This document shows positions 26,597-41,500 of a DNA stretch of 61,290 nt, in pieces. The DNA comes from Girardia tigrina (lineage: Eukaryota), in NCBI GenBank assembly GCA_001938485.1, contig MQRK01255000.1, forward strand, positions 1 through 61,290. The letters run 5' to 3'. The position numbers and the translations under genes were made by a program. How positions within the stretch are numbered: position 1 is the stretch's first letter; each line of letters starts with the position of its first letter. The notes under the pieces were generated by a model. It was not told the DNA's origin. It saw nothing but the letters and a program-made list of their open reading frames with translations, and did not search any database.

Positions 26597-29500
26597 TTTA
26601 ATTAACAGTTATAAATAAATTTAAACATTGCTTATTTTTAGATAATAAGAATTCAAATATTAATCATCCTTCTGGGTAGGAGAGACACAATCCCAAATCA
26701 ACATACAACATTCAAACACAAAACATTCCTCTCAATAATCAAATGTGTTTATTATCAAGTAGCAACGAATAATTAATTAATATTTGTTATTTTCATTTTA
26801 AAGGTTTTATTCTTTTTTGAGTTCATATGCATGCGATGTTCCTAATTTTATTTTAATTATAAATTAAGACATGTATGAATTTGATTTTAATTAACAATAT
26901 ATAATTGTATCTTATGAATATACACATATCTAACAACTAATACAATTAAGTTTTCATTTTTATATGGTTTTTCAGAACTAAGTAAAGTGTTTTATTTCAT
27001 CTTATATAGATTTCGACTAGTATGGACTCAGCACTCCTTCTATATAGATCGTATCTTTTTTGGAGTTTTTAACTATCCTTTAAGAAAGGAGTTGAATATA
27101 TTTACAACAATTGAACATCAAATTCGACGAAGTTTAGTATTGTCAGTATAAATAGGATTATGGTCAAAGTATATGATCAGGACCAAAGGAAACAGGAATA
27201 ATTATGAAATTGTTTAGGGACCCATCAAAAACTAAAAACGGAATTATTTTTGCATTATGAAAAGAACATGGTTATGAAGAAATCTAACAAAATAAACGCT
27301 TAAAATATTTTAACACAAAGGTTAAGGTCATTAAAAATTAAATACTCTAATTTGTGATTTTACAAAGTACTTCAATATCACTGAGCTAAAAAATGAATTC
27401 TTTATTCTGATCTAGCTACAAAATATTTATTTTGTATAGATAATTGATCTTTCGCAACCAAAATAGAAACATGAACAAGACAATATGATAGAAACAATAA
27501 TACAATTCCAAGATCTTTTTTAAAAAATGATTTAAAGACATTTTATGAAAATAGTACTTAATGATAAAATTGAATTTTCGCCAAATGCTATTTGTACAAG
27601 ATTAACCAACTCCTAACTTCCGAAGGTAAAAATATCAAAAGAATATTGTCTATTATATCAAAAAGTACAACTCTAAAGTGAGAAGAGAAAACCTTATAAC
27701 ATAGCCTCAATGTAGAAAAATGATGTTACAGTTATTCAAAAATAGCATATTAATTTAGTGAAAGTTAATTAATGGTTAAATTGATTTTTATGTTCACATG
27801 GAATGATGAATAAATTGATTGAAGGTTCTGATCTTGACTGATCTGACACTTGATCAATTAACATTATCAATAAGATTAATTTGTGGTATCACATAATTTT
27901 TGAATAATTCAATGAGATTCAATAAACAAACCGTACGAGAGTGAAGGATCGGTTGATGTTTAGATTGTCGGAATATTCGGGCAATAGTTGGAACAAGTAA
28001 GGCGTCATTATGGCCGGACAAACCAACCTTAGAAAGAAGCACGCTGACACAACCTTCTGTGTGAATTCAAAACTAAGATTCTCATATTTTTTTAATTTGC
28101 ACCGAATTTTACTAAAGACCGCTCGAACACGTCTGAAAAGAATTAATGTTAAATATATTTGAAATAATAATAGTGATGAGTAATAAAGATAATAATGGTA
28201 AATGAGATCATGGTACATAAATAAACTGATTAATATCATCAAGTCATTACATAAAGTGTAACAAATTGATCCAAATATCAGAGTAAATACATTAGGTTCA
28301 ATTATTAAACAGAGTTATGTTGCAATAACTGATCGACTGACACACAATCTTAATAATAATAATAATAATTGTGGTAATAAGCCTGCGTCCAGATGTGTAG
28401 AAACGTCACTGTGTCGTTGATGTCTAGCATTGTTTCATGGACTGAACATTATCAGATTGTATGGCTTCTACAGCTGAATTCGCCCCAGCAAGCGACCAAC
28501 AAAGAGGCAATAAGTACATTGGTGGCGCTAGTAACAATCGAGCAAAGTATGCATTTAGTTTCTCAAACGACCTAAATTCCGATTTTCAAGGTTTTTGTAC
28601 TGAAAATTAATTTGGCTTTAAAATAGACATTTATATTTTCTTCGTTTCCAGTTTTTTTTACTTGCTCGTTTGCATAATCTCGAGTCCTTCTATTTTCCCG
28701 TCAATTCTTTTTTACTTATAAATTTTATATTCTTATTACTTGAGCGGATATCAAATGAGAAATAAATAATTGTGAATTGTATTTTCAAAGATAGTATTGA
28801 TTCATTTTAAGAAATATTTAAAAAATTAAGAATTTCACAAACGTTATTTTGCCAATATATAATCTTACGACCGAAACATTATAAAATACTGCTACAATGA
28901 ATGTTTTGACACCAATAGCCATAGAAGCAATGATGACTTTATAATTGCTGGTTGTCGTCTAGAAGCCTAGACCTGCAAACAATCCAGTCACAGAGGAAGA
29001 TGATTAAGCTCAATAAATATATTATGGTATCAGAATGAACTCTTAAAAATTCTGAGAACAGAAATAGATTAAAATATAATGCTGGTAAAACTATCAATTT
29101 TTTGGCATTTTGCAAAACCTATTATTTTAATATAATTGTATTTTGATAAATACTGAGTTCCAAATAACTTACTTTGGAATTATTTCCAGACTGCCAAATA
29201 TTTGACTCAAAACTTTATCAACAACACTTTCAAGTTTCTGATTGCGCTTTTTGATAGCTGAAATAGAAATAGGTTCGTTTCGCTTGGCTAACTGTGACTG
29301 ATCGATCTCCAAATCTTTTGACGTGTGCATAATTTCTTTGATTGTACTCAGAAGAATTTTTTTTAAATACTAAACAAAATGTAACTGTGCTTATTGCAAT
29401 ATATGAATTACCCCGTGGCATTCCAGTTTCAGGAAACACTCGATTGACTTTGATGCCATACTGTTTCCCCGCAAAATGAGATTTATATCTATTATTAACA

Positions 29501-32500
29501 TTGTTAGTATTATTAATTTTATAATGGTAATTCGTTGTCAAATGACAGAATGAAACATATGTACTCAATCTTTGTTCTATAGAAAAGTTATTTCTTCGAT
29601 AAGTTTATCAGCAATTGAGAGTGACTCTCTAAGCGGATTACGAGACACGGTGAGATAATTTATGACTATATATATTGAACTTTGATAGAGATTTTATGTT
29701 TTTAATTTTCTGTATGATCATTGTTATTAAGAGGCTTTATTTGACTTATTTTATAAGTTTTCCATTTCTTCAAATATTTGATCCTTATCCGAGAAGTAAT
29801 ATATTGAAATATTTGTACTAACAATTTTATCTTTGAGGAAAAGTTTAACGACAAAGCATATAAATGATAATACATGTTGGCGACGAATTGGAATTCTGTT
29901 TTTTAAAGAAAATAAACAGGAGAGGCAAATGAAATTGGTCTTCAGGATTATATGAACGAACAATGTAGATGAATTTGGTTTTTCGTAAAGTTCATATTAG
30001 AAATAACCTGAGTGAGTTCATCAAATCCATGAGAAATCTTTGCTCTTTAAAACAACACATTAAGACGATGGATGATGTTTCTTGTAAAGTTTATATATAT
30101 AATTGAAAAATAATTATGTCGGAACATTCGGGCAATAGTTACAACAAGTAAGGCATCATTATGGCCGGGCAAACCAACCTTAGAAAGAAGCACGCCGATA
30201 CTATGCTGGCCATTTACCGCGACAGAGATTGTTAGGGACATAGTAATCATAGTAATACATTAACTTTGAAGACTTAACATTTTCAAGCTAGGGGGATATT
30301 TTCATACCAAATGATTCTTACTACTAAATAAAATATTTTATTTAAGTCAAAATTTTATGCGTAAAACAAAAGTAAAACATTTTTATTGATTATGGTTTTA
30401 CCATAGGCCATTTATTAATCAAATCAACGATTTGAATTAATTTTTAAAAAAATAGAAAAAAAAATTTGTTTTTTATATATGTAGTACTTAATTTTGCGAA
30501 CGACATATAATTCATATTTTCAGATTTTATACTTAAATAAGGTATCGACAATACCCCCGTAATACAGCCATGGTTAGTGATTAATAAAGCGTTAATAAAG
30601 ATAAGTTGAGTATTAATAGATGGTTTTTTAAAGCAATCGCAAAGTCACAAACACTAAATAGCAAAATGTACAATGCTACACTTGTTACCATCAGAAGCGC
30701 ACTTGCGCAGAAGCAATCATCACCGACCAGCTACAGAAGTCATATTTCTATGAATGGCACTAAGGTTATTAAGAGTAGATTTATTATTCATAAATAATTT
30801 AATTGATTATGTGAAATTATTGTATTAATTATAAATGATTACACAAAATTGTTTCGTGATTTATATGCTGAACAAAGATTAAGCAGAAAAAAATATTCAA
30901 GTTTAAGTACTTAATTTATTTTAAAATAATGACTTATTAAAAAAAATAAAATAAAATCTGTCAAAGATCGTAATACCCACCGCATGATTGTGATTCCCTT
31001 ACAATTAAATCTGAAAGAAATTCCTCAACCCAGTTCTCTGAAATTGCCAGCTGAATCATCGGCAGTACAATATCTTCCCTGTGTTTTGCCTTGATTTCTA
31101 CTTCCATTTCCCGAAATACTTCTACACCATGCCTCTTCACAAAATCAACAAATTCTGTGTAATAAGTAGCATCCAAAACTTTCAATGGAAAATATCTTGA
31201 TTTTGCTCTCAAGAGCGGAGCTGAATCAGTAATCTGATTCCTAACCCTTGAATTACTGGATGGAAGATCATTAATATCACAAGCTGCAGAAAAAGTTAAA
31301 TTGTGAGCAAGTTTTGGAACCATAGTAGGTAAGCACACTGGAGAAGGAGAATACCACTTTTCAGTGATACAGTGACGATTAATGCTTTCAATTGGTATAT
31401 TCACGTGCGCTGCAAATATGTTTACAACATAAATTCAAAATATATTTCGAGAATGACTTACAAACAATTTGAGGTTCTTTGTGTCTTTCTTTTGGTCGAG
31501 GTAATCTCCAAAGAGAAATAGAAACCATTTGTATAGATGGAAGACTCCTAATTCAATTGTAATTTTACAAACTAAATAATAAAAATACGTCAAATCGAAT
31601 TCTTCTCCCCAGAATAACATCTCCTTCATCTCTTTCACTGATGTTCTCGCATAAATCAGGCTGTCAAGCTGGATTTCACAATAATATCTTGAGATTAATT
31701 ATTAGTTTTATTAACAATTTTATAAAACAAACTTATTCTTATATGTCAAGTTTCTGGCCTCTTGGATCCCAATACTCAGCATGTTTTCTTCAAAAACAAT
31801 TGAGCTCAATTGATCTGATATACAACACCTGATTCTTAACAAAATTATTTCATTAAAAATATTCTTTTCAAAATTATTATTAAAAATTTAAAAGAAATAT
31901 TTATAATGTTGTTATTATGAGAAGTTAGTTAAACTTCAGTTCGCTTTCGCTTCAGTTCAATTTTAAAAAAAATTATTTGGAATTGAAATCAAATTCAAAA
32001 TTTAATACTTAGAATGATACTTAAATATTTTAAATTTCAAAATATTCTTTATAAATTAATTTGAATTAAAATATTATTTTAGTAGAAATATGAGTTGATC
32101 AAAATAGATCTGATTAAGTAGTTTTTAAATTAATAATTTTAGTCAAAATTTGAATTCTATTAAAAAATTTACTTTTCAAATTTTAAATTGAATTAAGTAT
32201 ATGATTAAAAAATTAAATTTTTAAAATATAAAAATTAAATATTAAATAAGATATTTTCAAAAATTTCAATAAAATAGTAAAAATATTATAAAATGTTTAA
32301 AACACAAAAACAGAATAAAATGTTTCATTTGAAAAACAAAATTATAAAAAAACAGTATAAAAGAATTAAAATAAGCAACAAATTTAAAAAATAAATAATA
32401 GTAAAATTTAAAAAAAATTATAAATGGCTGAAAAAATAAAAATTAAATATACGTTAAAATAATAATTGTCATAAATATTTTCATTAAAACTTTAAAATTA

Positions 32501-35500
32501 AATATTATTTTGATTTGATTGAAATTTTAAATAAATGAAAAATTATTTGAAAATAGAGATCGACGAATTCATTATAAAATTAAGAAAATAGTTGAAATTT
32601 TTGCTTGGAAATTGTTTATAATAAATGTATAAATTGAGTAAAAATGATTTCTGAAATTGATGTCACAAATACAACTAACAGTTATTATGTATCATTGCAT
32701 GATGAAAGAAGATAAAAATAACAAGTAAAGAACAAATCTTAATTTTTATAAATACTAATAGTATTAGGTGTTTTCCATTATATTGAATAATAAGTCCTAT
32801 TCAGGGGCCTAATTTTACAATGAATTGAATGATTGCATCCTCTAAGAGAACTGTTTTGGTAAGACTACCGACTGTAATAATGTGGCTATGTGTTTCGCAA
32901 TTATATTCAAGTTAAAGTAAAGAAAATTCTTAGATTAATCCAATAAAATTAAAATCACTCAAAGAATTCTCTTAAGATCAACATAAGATCAACAAGAATG
33001 AATATCAATGATAATAACTAATTATATTTTAAACTTAACACAAATGATTAAAGATAGTATCTGAATCACACTTAAATTAGTAAACTTTTAAAATCGAACA
33101 ATAAAAAAAATACTTAATCGGATCTTCCTATTCACAAACATCTAAAGTTGACACCAGAAAAATTATTATCAGTAAAATGTACGTATAGTCTTTGTACGCA
33201 AGGAAACTGTAATCAAAAGTCAAATGAGTAATGTAATTTTAAATGAGTCTTCGTTCAATTAATATAGTAATTAAAGGTTTCTCTTTATTTTCAGATTTAC
33301 AAAATCAATTTGACCAGCAGGACAACTGTTGTAAATGAGTCAAAAAATACAAATGCATAAAGGTAAGTAGTTAACCGCGATATAATTTGTAATTCAATCT
33401 CTAATTCTGAATATCCTATAGGGATATAAATTAGATGATTGATTTATTTTTTAAATTTTAAATTTTGATAATTAATTTTCTTTTAACTTCTTTATAAATC
33501 TTTCTGTATCTTTCTTTCTTTCGACTTTCTTCAGCTTTTGACTTAAACTGATTTTCTTTGTACCACACAAAAATATAAAATAATATATATATATATATAT
33601 ATATATAACATTAGTGTGAATGAATAAATAAATCACATCGTCATTCTTGCAATAAATAAAATTGTACGACAAAAAAAATATTCCAACAAAACGAGATCAT
33701 TAACCACCAAAAAAATATCATGCTCTAAAATCACATACTCTCTCAAATTAATAAAAATAAATTAAATATTCAATCTTGTTCCTCTTAAACAAAAATAATT
33801 TTTTATTTTTTTTAATCTATGTCCATTACAAAAACATTTTATAGTAAATCATTTATACTGATGATAAATTGAGTAACGTTATCTTTGTCCACCTATTAAA
33901 GATCACTTTATGCCCTAAATATTTGACATTTTTTATAGTTTATGGATTCATCGTCAATTATTCTTTTTGAAGATCAATTTTTTAAACTACCAAAAGTTTT
34001 ATCGGGTCTGTTACATAATTTATTAAAATTAGAGTAATACTTCAAATTTATTAGATATTTTATTGAACTTTAAATTTTTGTGTTATATGGGCAATTAATA
34101 TTTTGAAAACCCAGAATTTGGAAATTTTACTTCAGTTTATTTGTACTAAGATAATTTTTACCACCTTAAATATTTACCTATTTCGGACAAATTACTCACT
34201 ATGGTTTGAAAAAAAATTTTAATTTTGATTTTAGATATAAAAATTTAGAAGAATTTAATGGTAAACATTCATTTAACTTTTATCCCCTAAACTTTTGAAC
34301 CCTTGTATAAACGCGGGTAACCATAGTATATAAATTATGTCTATGAACAATGCATCGTAATTTGATTTTTGTTGTTTAATTTCACACAAATAGTGGGAAA
34401 ATTATATTAGTTTTTTCTAAACAAAGAAATATTTATATCCACCAAAACATTAACAGGATTTTGATCTATTCATGTGATAAAGATAGTCTGTAAGAGTTAA
34501 TAATCCTATAATAAATTCAAAGGAATTAAAACACCTGATCATAGGAACTGTGTCTGAAAAACTGACAGAAGTGATTGAACAGAGAAAAGAGTATCCGAAA
34601 ATATTCATTATACAAAATGTGTTTACATAGTACGAGGAATCATGATTTAATAATTTAATAATTTAAAATGGCATTATTCTCTTTTACAAATAGTATTATG
34701 AATATAATGTAATCTACCTTAACTAAAAGCCGTTTATCTCTATGAACGAAAAGCAAAAAAAACAAACAGTAAATAACTAGATGCCTACAAAATTTTGAGA
34801 AGAATATGAAAGTTTTATTTCATGTTAAAATTTATTATAATAAGCCACTCCCGACTGGACGGATAACTGAGTATCGTAGAGACTGCAGTACCAGCATTGA
34901 CGTACAGGGTAGTGAGCCATAGATTCTGCATCGGGTAGAAACAATAAATAGACAATACAGAGCCTACTGACTTTCTCGCACGGCTTTAAATGCTAGTACT
35001 GCAGTCTCTACGATACTCAGTTATCCGTCCAGTCGGGAGTGGCTTATTATAATAAATTTTAACATGAAATAAAACTTTCATGTTCTACTCAAAATTTTGT
35101 AGGCATCTAGTTATTTACTGTTTGTTTTTTTGCTTTTCGTTCATAGAGATAAACGGCTTTTAGTTAAGGTAGATTACATTATATTCATAATACTATTTGT
35201 AAAAGAGAATAATGCCATTTTAAATTATTATTTATTGAAAAAAATGTTTCTCCATTATGGCATCATCAGTTACAAATTCTAATTAACTGCTATTAATTAT
35301 ATAGTTAGAAGATCGAACCAACGGATACTGGTTCATGTTGTTATAATCATCATTTCAGTTACATTTCACCTAGCGCCCATCTCCTATCATATGTAGTCAA
35401 GATTTTCAATTCATACGGCTCCGCATCTCTATGACATGTCGCGTACAGTTAAACCAAAATACGCATTCATTAATCATTCTTTTTGATCTTGCTGTTATTG

Positions 35501-38500
35501 TCTTTATGGTTCTATGGCTTCTCTGCAAAATCCAGTTTCCTTGATTTCGATAGGCTGATGTAAAACCTTCTTTAGTTTTAAGTCTACAAGTATGAAAATG
35601 GTAGAAGTAAAGTCAAAGGTTATTGATAAGTTACCAACAAAATAATTATATCATTCATCAAAGTATGTACCGATATTATCGATATACTTGTCATTAAAAT
35701 AAAATTTGGTGGGCGAAAACGGATCTCGTTAATCAATATAAATAAATTCCTGGAAGGCGATTTTTACGGTATCTTCGGAATTGGATTTTTTCCTATCAAA
35801 AAGCTGTGATCGATGAACCAGGTTTCATGAAGTCATAATGGATTACACCTGCGGTAGACCAACAAACACTCACCATCAGCTTCTTTTGGTGAATGTTGAG
35901 CTTCGAACTATGTTTTGGTGCTTTATTCGTGTCCACCCAGCTTGCTGAACGTTTGCGATTATCATATTGGATCCAATTTTCATCTCAAGTAATGCTTCGA
36001 TTAAAACAGTTATCACATTTATAACGAGAAAGCATCACCAAACAAAAACCCAAACGTTTTTGTTTCTGCTTTTCATTCAACTCATGTGGAATCCACTTAT
36101 TCGTCCTTTTCACTTTACCAATTTGAGCCAAATGATTCAATATTGTTTGCTTTGTAACAGAAAACGTAAGCGACAAATCATGAAACCTTTTTAATGGATC
36201 CGACTCCACAGTTACCTTCAGCTCGTCATTGACTATCTGCGTTCCTGGGCCACCCTGAGACTCATTATTGAAGTTAAAATTATCTATCAAGAATTTTCTG
36301 AACCACCTTGAGACTGTCTGCAGCGTAGTATAATTGTATCCAAATACAATATTGATATTATGCATGGTTTCTGGAAATGGTGCATTCAAATCTATGATCA
36401 TTTCAACAACACATGTGGAACTTTTGGCAGCCTTGCTCTCTAATGCAGTTTGCCTCGATCCCAAATGTTGAAATTAAATTGATCACCCCTTTCTCTGGAC
36501 ACAGAGTCACCATCTGAGGCGCAGCGACGCGATTGCGCTCACTCTGCATCAGAAACCAATTATGAATTAAACAAAAGTGTCGGGCAACTAATATTTATTG
36601 TATAAATTAACTGACTGATAAATTATTTTCTTAGATTTTTAAGATTAAAATGGTAACAATTAATAAACTATTTTAGTTTAAATATAAGTTAAGATATAGT
36701 AGATGATATGTTCACTAAACGAAGATGTAAATAATCTAGAATGGATAATTAAACATTTTTGATAGATCAAATCGAGAGATAAGAGCCCTGTAGCAGTTGA
36801 TGGGACTAGCTAGCGACTGGAGTATTCACGGAGCGCCGGACAGCATTTCTGTGCACATGTCACCATTTATAATTTGTGTCATAGACCTATTGATTGTCAA
36901 TTAATTGAACAGAAACAATATTGAAGCACAACTGAACTTGATCATTCAATTGTTTATACATTATAGATTGTTGACAAATTAAGTAGCCTTCCTAATTTTA
37001 GCTAGATTTCAGAAATTCTATGTTTATTTATGAAGATTTTAAAAAGTTCATACAACTAATTCGATAATAATAATAATAATAATAACCAACTCCTTGATGC
37101 AATAATCTCGTTCAGCCTGACTGGTGCAGTTGAATACGTATGACTTGGCCTCCCGCGGGGAACCGATTGTGATAATCTAAAAATGTCAGACCGATTAAAT
37201 TTTTGAGGTTATGGAATAACGATTTACATAGTAAACAAAGTTAAGATACAATAATATGAATAAATAAATGAATAAAATCCTCACAAATCTGTAAAGTGAT
37301 TAAACAAAGGAAAAGATTTTTTAGTAGCATTCCCAGGTTAATTTGTCATTATTGTTATATTCTATAAGTCAGCAATGCTTTTTTTACAAAGGGGTAAGTC
37401 TAAAACAAAATTATAATAGTTCTTTATAGAATATTTCCTTAATTTACAGTAATGAATTTACGCGAATAACATCAATCCACCGAGCTTGATTTTGCATAAT
37501 AAATGAAAAGATATAAACAAATCGTGAAAACAAACAAATACTTTTGTAATAATAATCTTTTAAAATATTTTTTTTATTTTGCAACAACAAAATTGTGTAT
37601 ACAACTCGGTATTGGATATTATTTACATATTTTATAATCAGAGATGAAATGTTGGAATCTGATGATTGAATAAATTTATAAATATTTTCACTGGAGAAAT
37701 AAGAATGATTTTAATTTATTAGATCCTACAAGTGACACAAGTGATGATGAAATAGTTGTGGTTTAACGATGTTAATAATGAAGATCAATCTAGTAGTGGG
37801 AAAACGATGTGATATTACAGAAATGAATCGATAGGATCAATTTTTGTCACATTGTCATAGGGGAGCAAAACAGATCAGTGTACGATACCTCTTTGATCCG
37901 ACACAGGATTAATTGTGTAGAACAAGTCTGTCAATGAATAGGCAAATTAGAATGACAGCTGTTGGGATGGCTGGCACAGACCGCAGGAAAGAAAGCATTC
38001 AAAAAATTAACTATACCTCTATATACACCCATGCTCTCACCAATATTAAATACATCTGAATTACAACTTTTACAGAAGTGATAAAGTTTTTGTTAAAATA
38101 AAAGGAAATTAAGGAAATAAATATTTGTGAGAAAATAATTGCTGTAAATTATGTCAAATTAAGATGAATACATCTCAGAAACTTTTTCAAATGGATTTTT
38201 TTATAAATAATATTTGGAAAACAAACAAAAAATACTTTTGTAATAATAATCTTTTAAAATATTTTTTTATTTTGCAACAACAAAATTGTGTATACAACTC
38301 GGTATTGAATATTATTTACAAAATTATTTTGTAGTTAATAACAAATTACTGCTGGAGAAGTAAAATAACCACTGTCTTTAAAGTTCGCGTTCGCTATCAA
38401 CTCAATGTAACACGATAAAACAACAGTTCATAATTCCAGTTTACTCATCGTCATCACACGCCCCAGTGATCTCATTATCAAGCATTTCGTAATCACTGAA

Positions 38501-41500
38501 CCATCTGGGCGGACGTCGAGCCCTCAGCGGTCGGGCTGGTGAATGAATGATCTGCACCAGTGGGATCATATCCTCATCTGCTTGTTCTCCGGTCGCGGCC
38601 TCCTCTTCGTCCTCACTTCTCGAAGTCGCTTCAACAGTCTAATGTGCCGACATTGGTCGCACATGTCTCACATCAGCTACGTGTCTTGGGACTCCATCCA
38701 CTTCAACTGATGTTGCAGAGTTTACTTGCGAAACGACCCCTCGGCGCCAACGAATGGTGCATCGCGCTCCACCCGGCTTTACGTAGATTTGATCACCAGG
38801 CGCAAAATCCTTTCCGTCATGCCATCTTGCACTCGATTTCGCCAACGGTAAGCACAATTCGTACATATAAATCCTGTTACTAGGAACTGATTCGTCGCTC
38901 GTCCCGTGTTTAGGTGTTACATTGTAGTAAAACACCATATCCATCACATCACCACCGGATCTCGCCGCCATTCGCTTTATCGTGTGGTGATTCCGCTCAA
39001 CAATGCAATTTCCAGACGGTCTGTACGCGCAGCGATAAATGATGGATACGTTACACGATTTGCACAGACTTCGCAATTTATCTGCTCTGAAACACTTCCC
39101 ATTATCACACAGTAATTCGCTGGGCGGTCCCCTTTCTCTGAATAACTCCAATAATTTTACCGCCACAGATTCAGCACTCTCGTCCATCAGTCGCTTCCAA
39201 ATCACAAAGCGGCTTGGTCCGCAATCAACGCATGTGAAATTAGTCTCCCCTCCATAATGTGTTATGTCGCAACTAAGACGATGCCAATTTGTCGCTACCT
39301 CTAACTCGCCTTTTGTCCACCGCACTGCTGTCGGATCAATCGACCGACAACAGTCGCATTCGGACACGACTCTGGCTACCTCGTCTTCGTTCACTGCTCC
39401 CTACACCTTCTTAACCGCAAATACTGTCCTGTCTACTCCGAAATGGTGTAGCGAGTGGATTTCTTTAATGTCTTCGACTGATTTCGCAACGCCAGACACA
39501 GCCGTTAGTAGACATTTTTACGAGTGCTTCCACCAGTGTGCAGGAACTCTAGTCAACTCATCGTCTTTATTCTCGGTTGATGTCACTAACGATATTTTCA
39601 ACTTGACTTCACATTCTTGTATTAATTGCTCCAATAAAAACAAACGTCTTTTTACCAATGATTCGGAAAGTCTGTGCACGTGTACCCGTTTATCACCCGT
39701 GACAACAGATTTCACCCACGAACATACTGTAGCCGAATCACACAATATCTCAATTTCCTTCACATCCCATGCTAATGCCACGTTCACCCATTTCAACACT
39801 GCCTCTAATTCCGCTAAATTTATATGGTAGATATCGTCTTTTTTCTCAACCAACAATTATCCTCCACGATTGAGTGGTTTAGCTCCAAACATACCCCAAT
39901 AGCCAAACTGCTGGCGTGTTACAACACACACGACCTTTCTTTGTCTTTGGGATGTCCCACACTCCACCCACCGGGTCATGAGCGTCCAGCCACTTCGTGA
40001 TTTCATTTAAAATATTCATACTTGTCTTATCTATTTTCTCGTCCCACTTCCTCTCACTCACCATACGTTTCAAAAAACTACAGGCTGGTCTTAACCAACC
40101 TGCAATCGGGAAATGCCCGGTCACTTGCCCGCACCATGAAAAAATCTCCCTTTTCGTCGACTGCACTAACTTCTTGTCAACTCAATGTGACACGATAAAA
40201 CAACAGTTCATAATTCATATATCAAATTCATATATTATCAAAAGAGTATCAAAAAGGTTCAAAAATTGTTGGGATCTTTAAACAGATCAAAATGCATGAA
40301 TTTGTTGACTGTTGTCATATAAAAGTATACGCCTCTGTTCCGAGGAAGTGAGAATTGTTACAGTAACCGTTGAAATAGATTGGATCGAGTTATCCATTCA
40401 TTCAAAACAATATTTATTCTAAGATCAAATTTATTTAATTGGGAAAAGAAATTTTAATTATTAATTATAGAAATTAGTATTCTATAATCTGTTCAATTGC
40501 TTGTCATTTTTTAACAAAAATATTTCATTCATTTTAATTAACCTTTGTAAAAAATTGATTTGATAAAACATTATTGAATGTTTAGAAAAAAATTTAAACT
40601 AAGAGAATGTCATTTTGGTTAAAATATATGTTAATCATAGTTATAATAAATCAAGGTTCAACACTTAAATATCCCAGATTCGTAGCATCAAGACCAGTGC
40701 CGTGTCAAGTTGATAGTGTAGTCTAGCGTTCCTCAGGAGATTTTGAAATGTTTAAAAAGATAATAAACAAAATCATCGAATGGTTTATATTATTAATGAA
40801 GAATTAGATTTATCATTCAAGCAGTCAAGATCATTTCAGGTAATAGTTAAAAATTACGGATAACCATTGGTGGAAAATATCAGTTCAGGAGGATGATTCA
40901 GAACCACGAATAATCAAGATAAAATGTTCCTTGATCCAGGGTCATGTTTACAGAACGGAACCAAATCACAAATGACAAATAAAGCATACTGAAATATTTA
41001 TTCTAAACTAAGCTTAATATTTTTTTTAATATATCACAATTTTATAATAAGAAAATTTATATAACTTATAAAATAATTCGGAAAATGATAAGAATAACAT
41101 TTTGCTTCATGAAAAAATCATCAGACAAGTTATTTAAAATCATAATTAGTGGAAATTCCCCGAAGATAATCTCAAAAATGCTCATTGCCAAAATCTCGGA
41201 TTATCAAATTTTATCAGAATTAAAAACCAATAAAATCTTTTCTTGTGATACAATATTCGTTCAACAAATTATCCCATGAGACCACATGAGTTTTGGTTTA
41301 GAGATATATTTTAATCGGGGAGCTAATTTATTAAATACCGTATATACTCGCGTATTATGCAAGTTGGGTTTTTACATCCCAAAAACATGATTTTATCATT
41401 AACCCGTGTATCATGCGAGTTGGAGTTTTCGGGTGCTAAGATTGATTGACACTTAAACTTTTTAACCATTTTTAATTTTAAAAAGTTTAAAAATAAAAAG

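Noticed and set aside
29230-29568. ORF containing RGNSY as the arginine finger, or a frameshifted pseudo-exon
   Set aside because: Wrong frame. The real motif is LILRGNSMA, and a 42-nt intron removes the apparent shift.
34899-34988. Hammerhead ribozyme / Penelope inverted pLTR in the hairpin
   Set aside because: No CUGANGA...GAAA core found on either strand.
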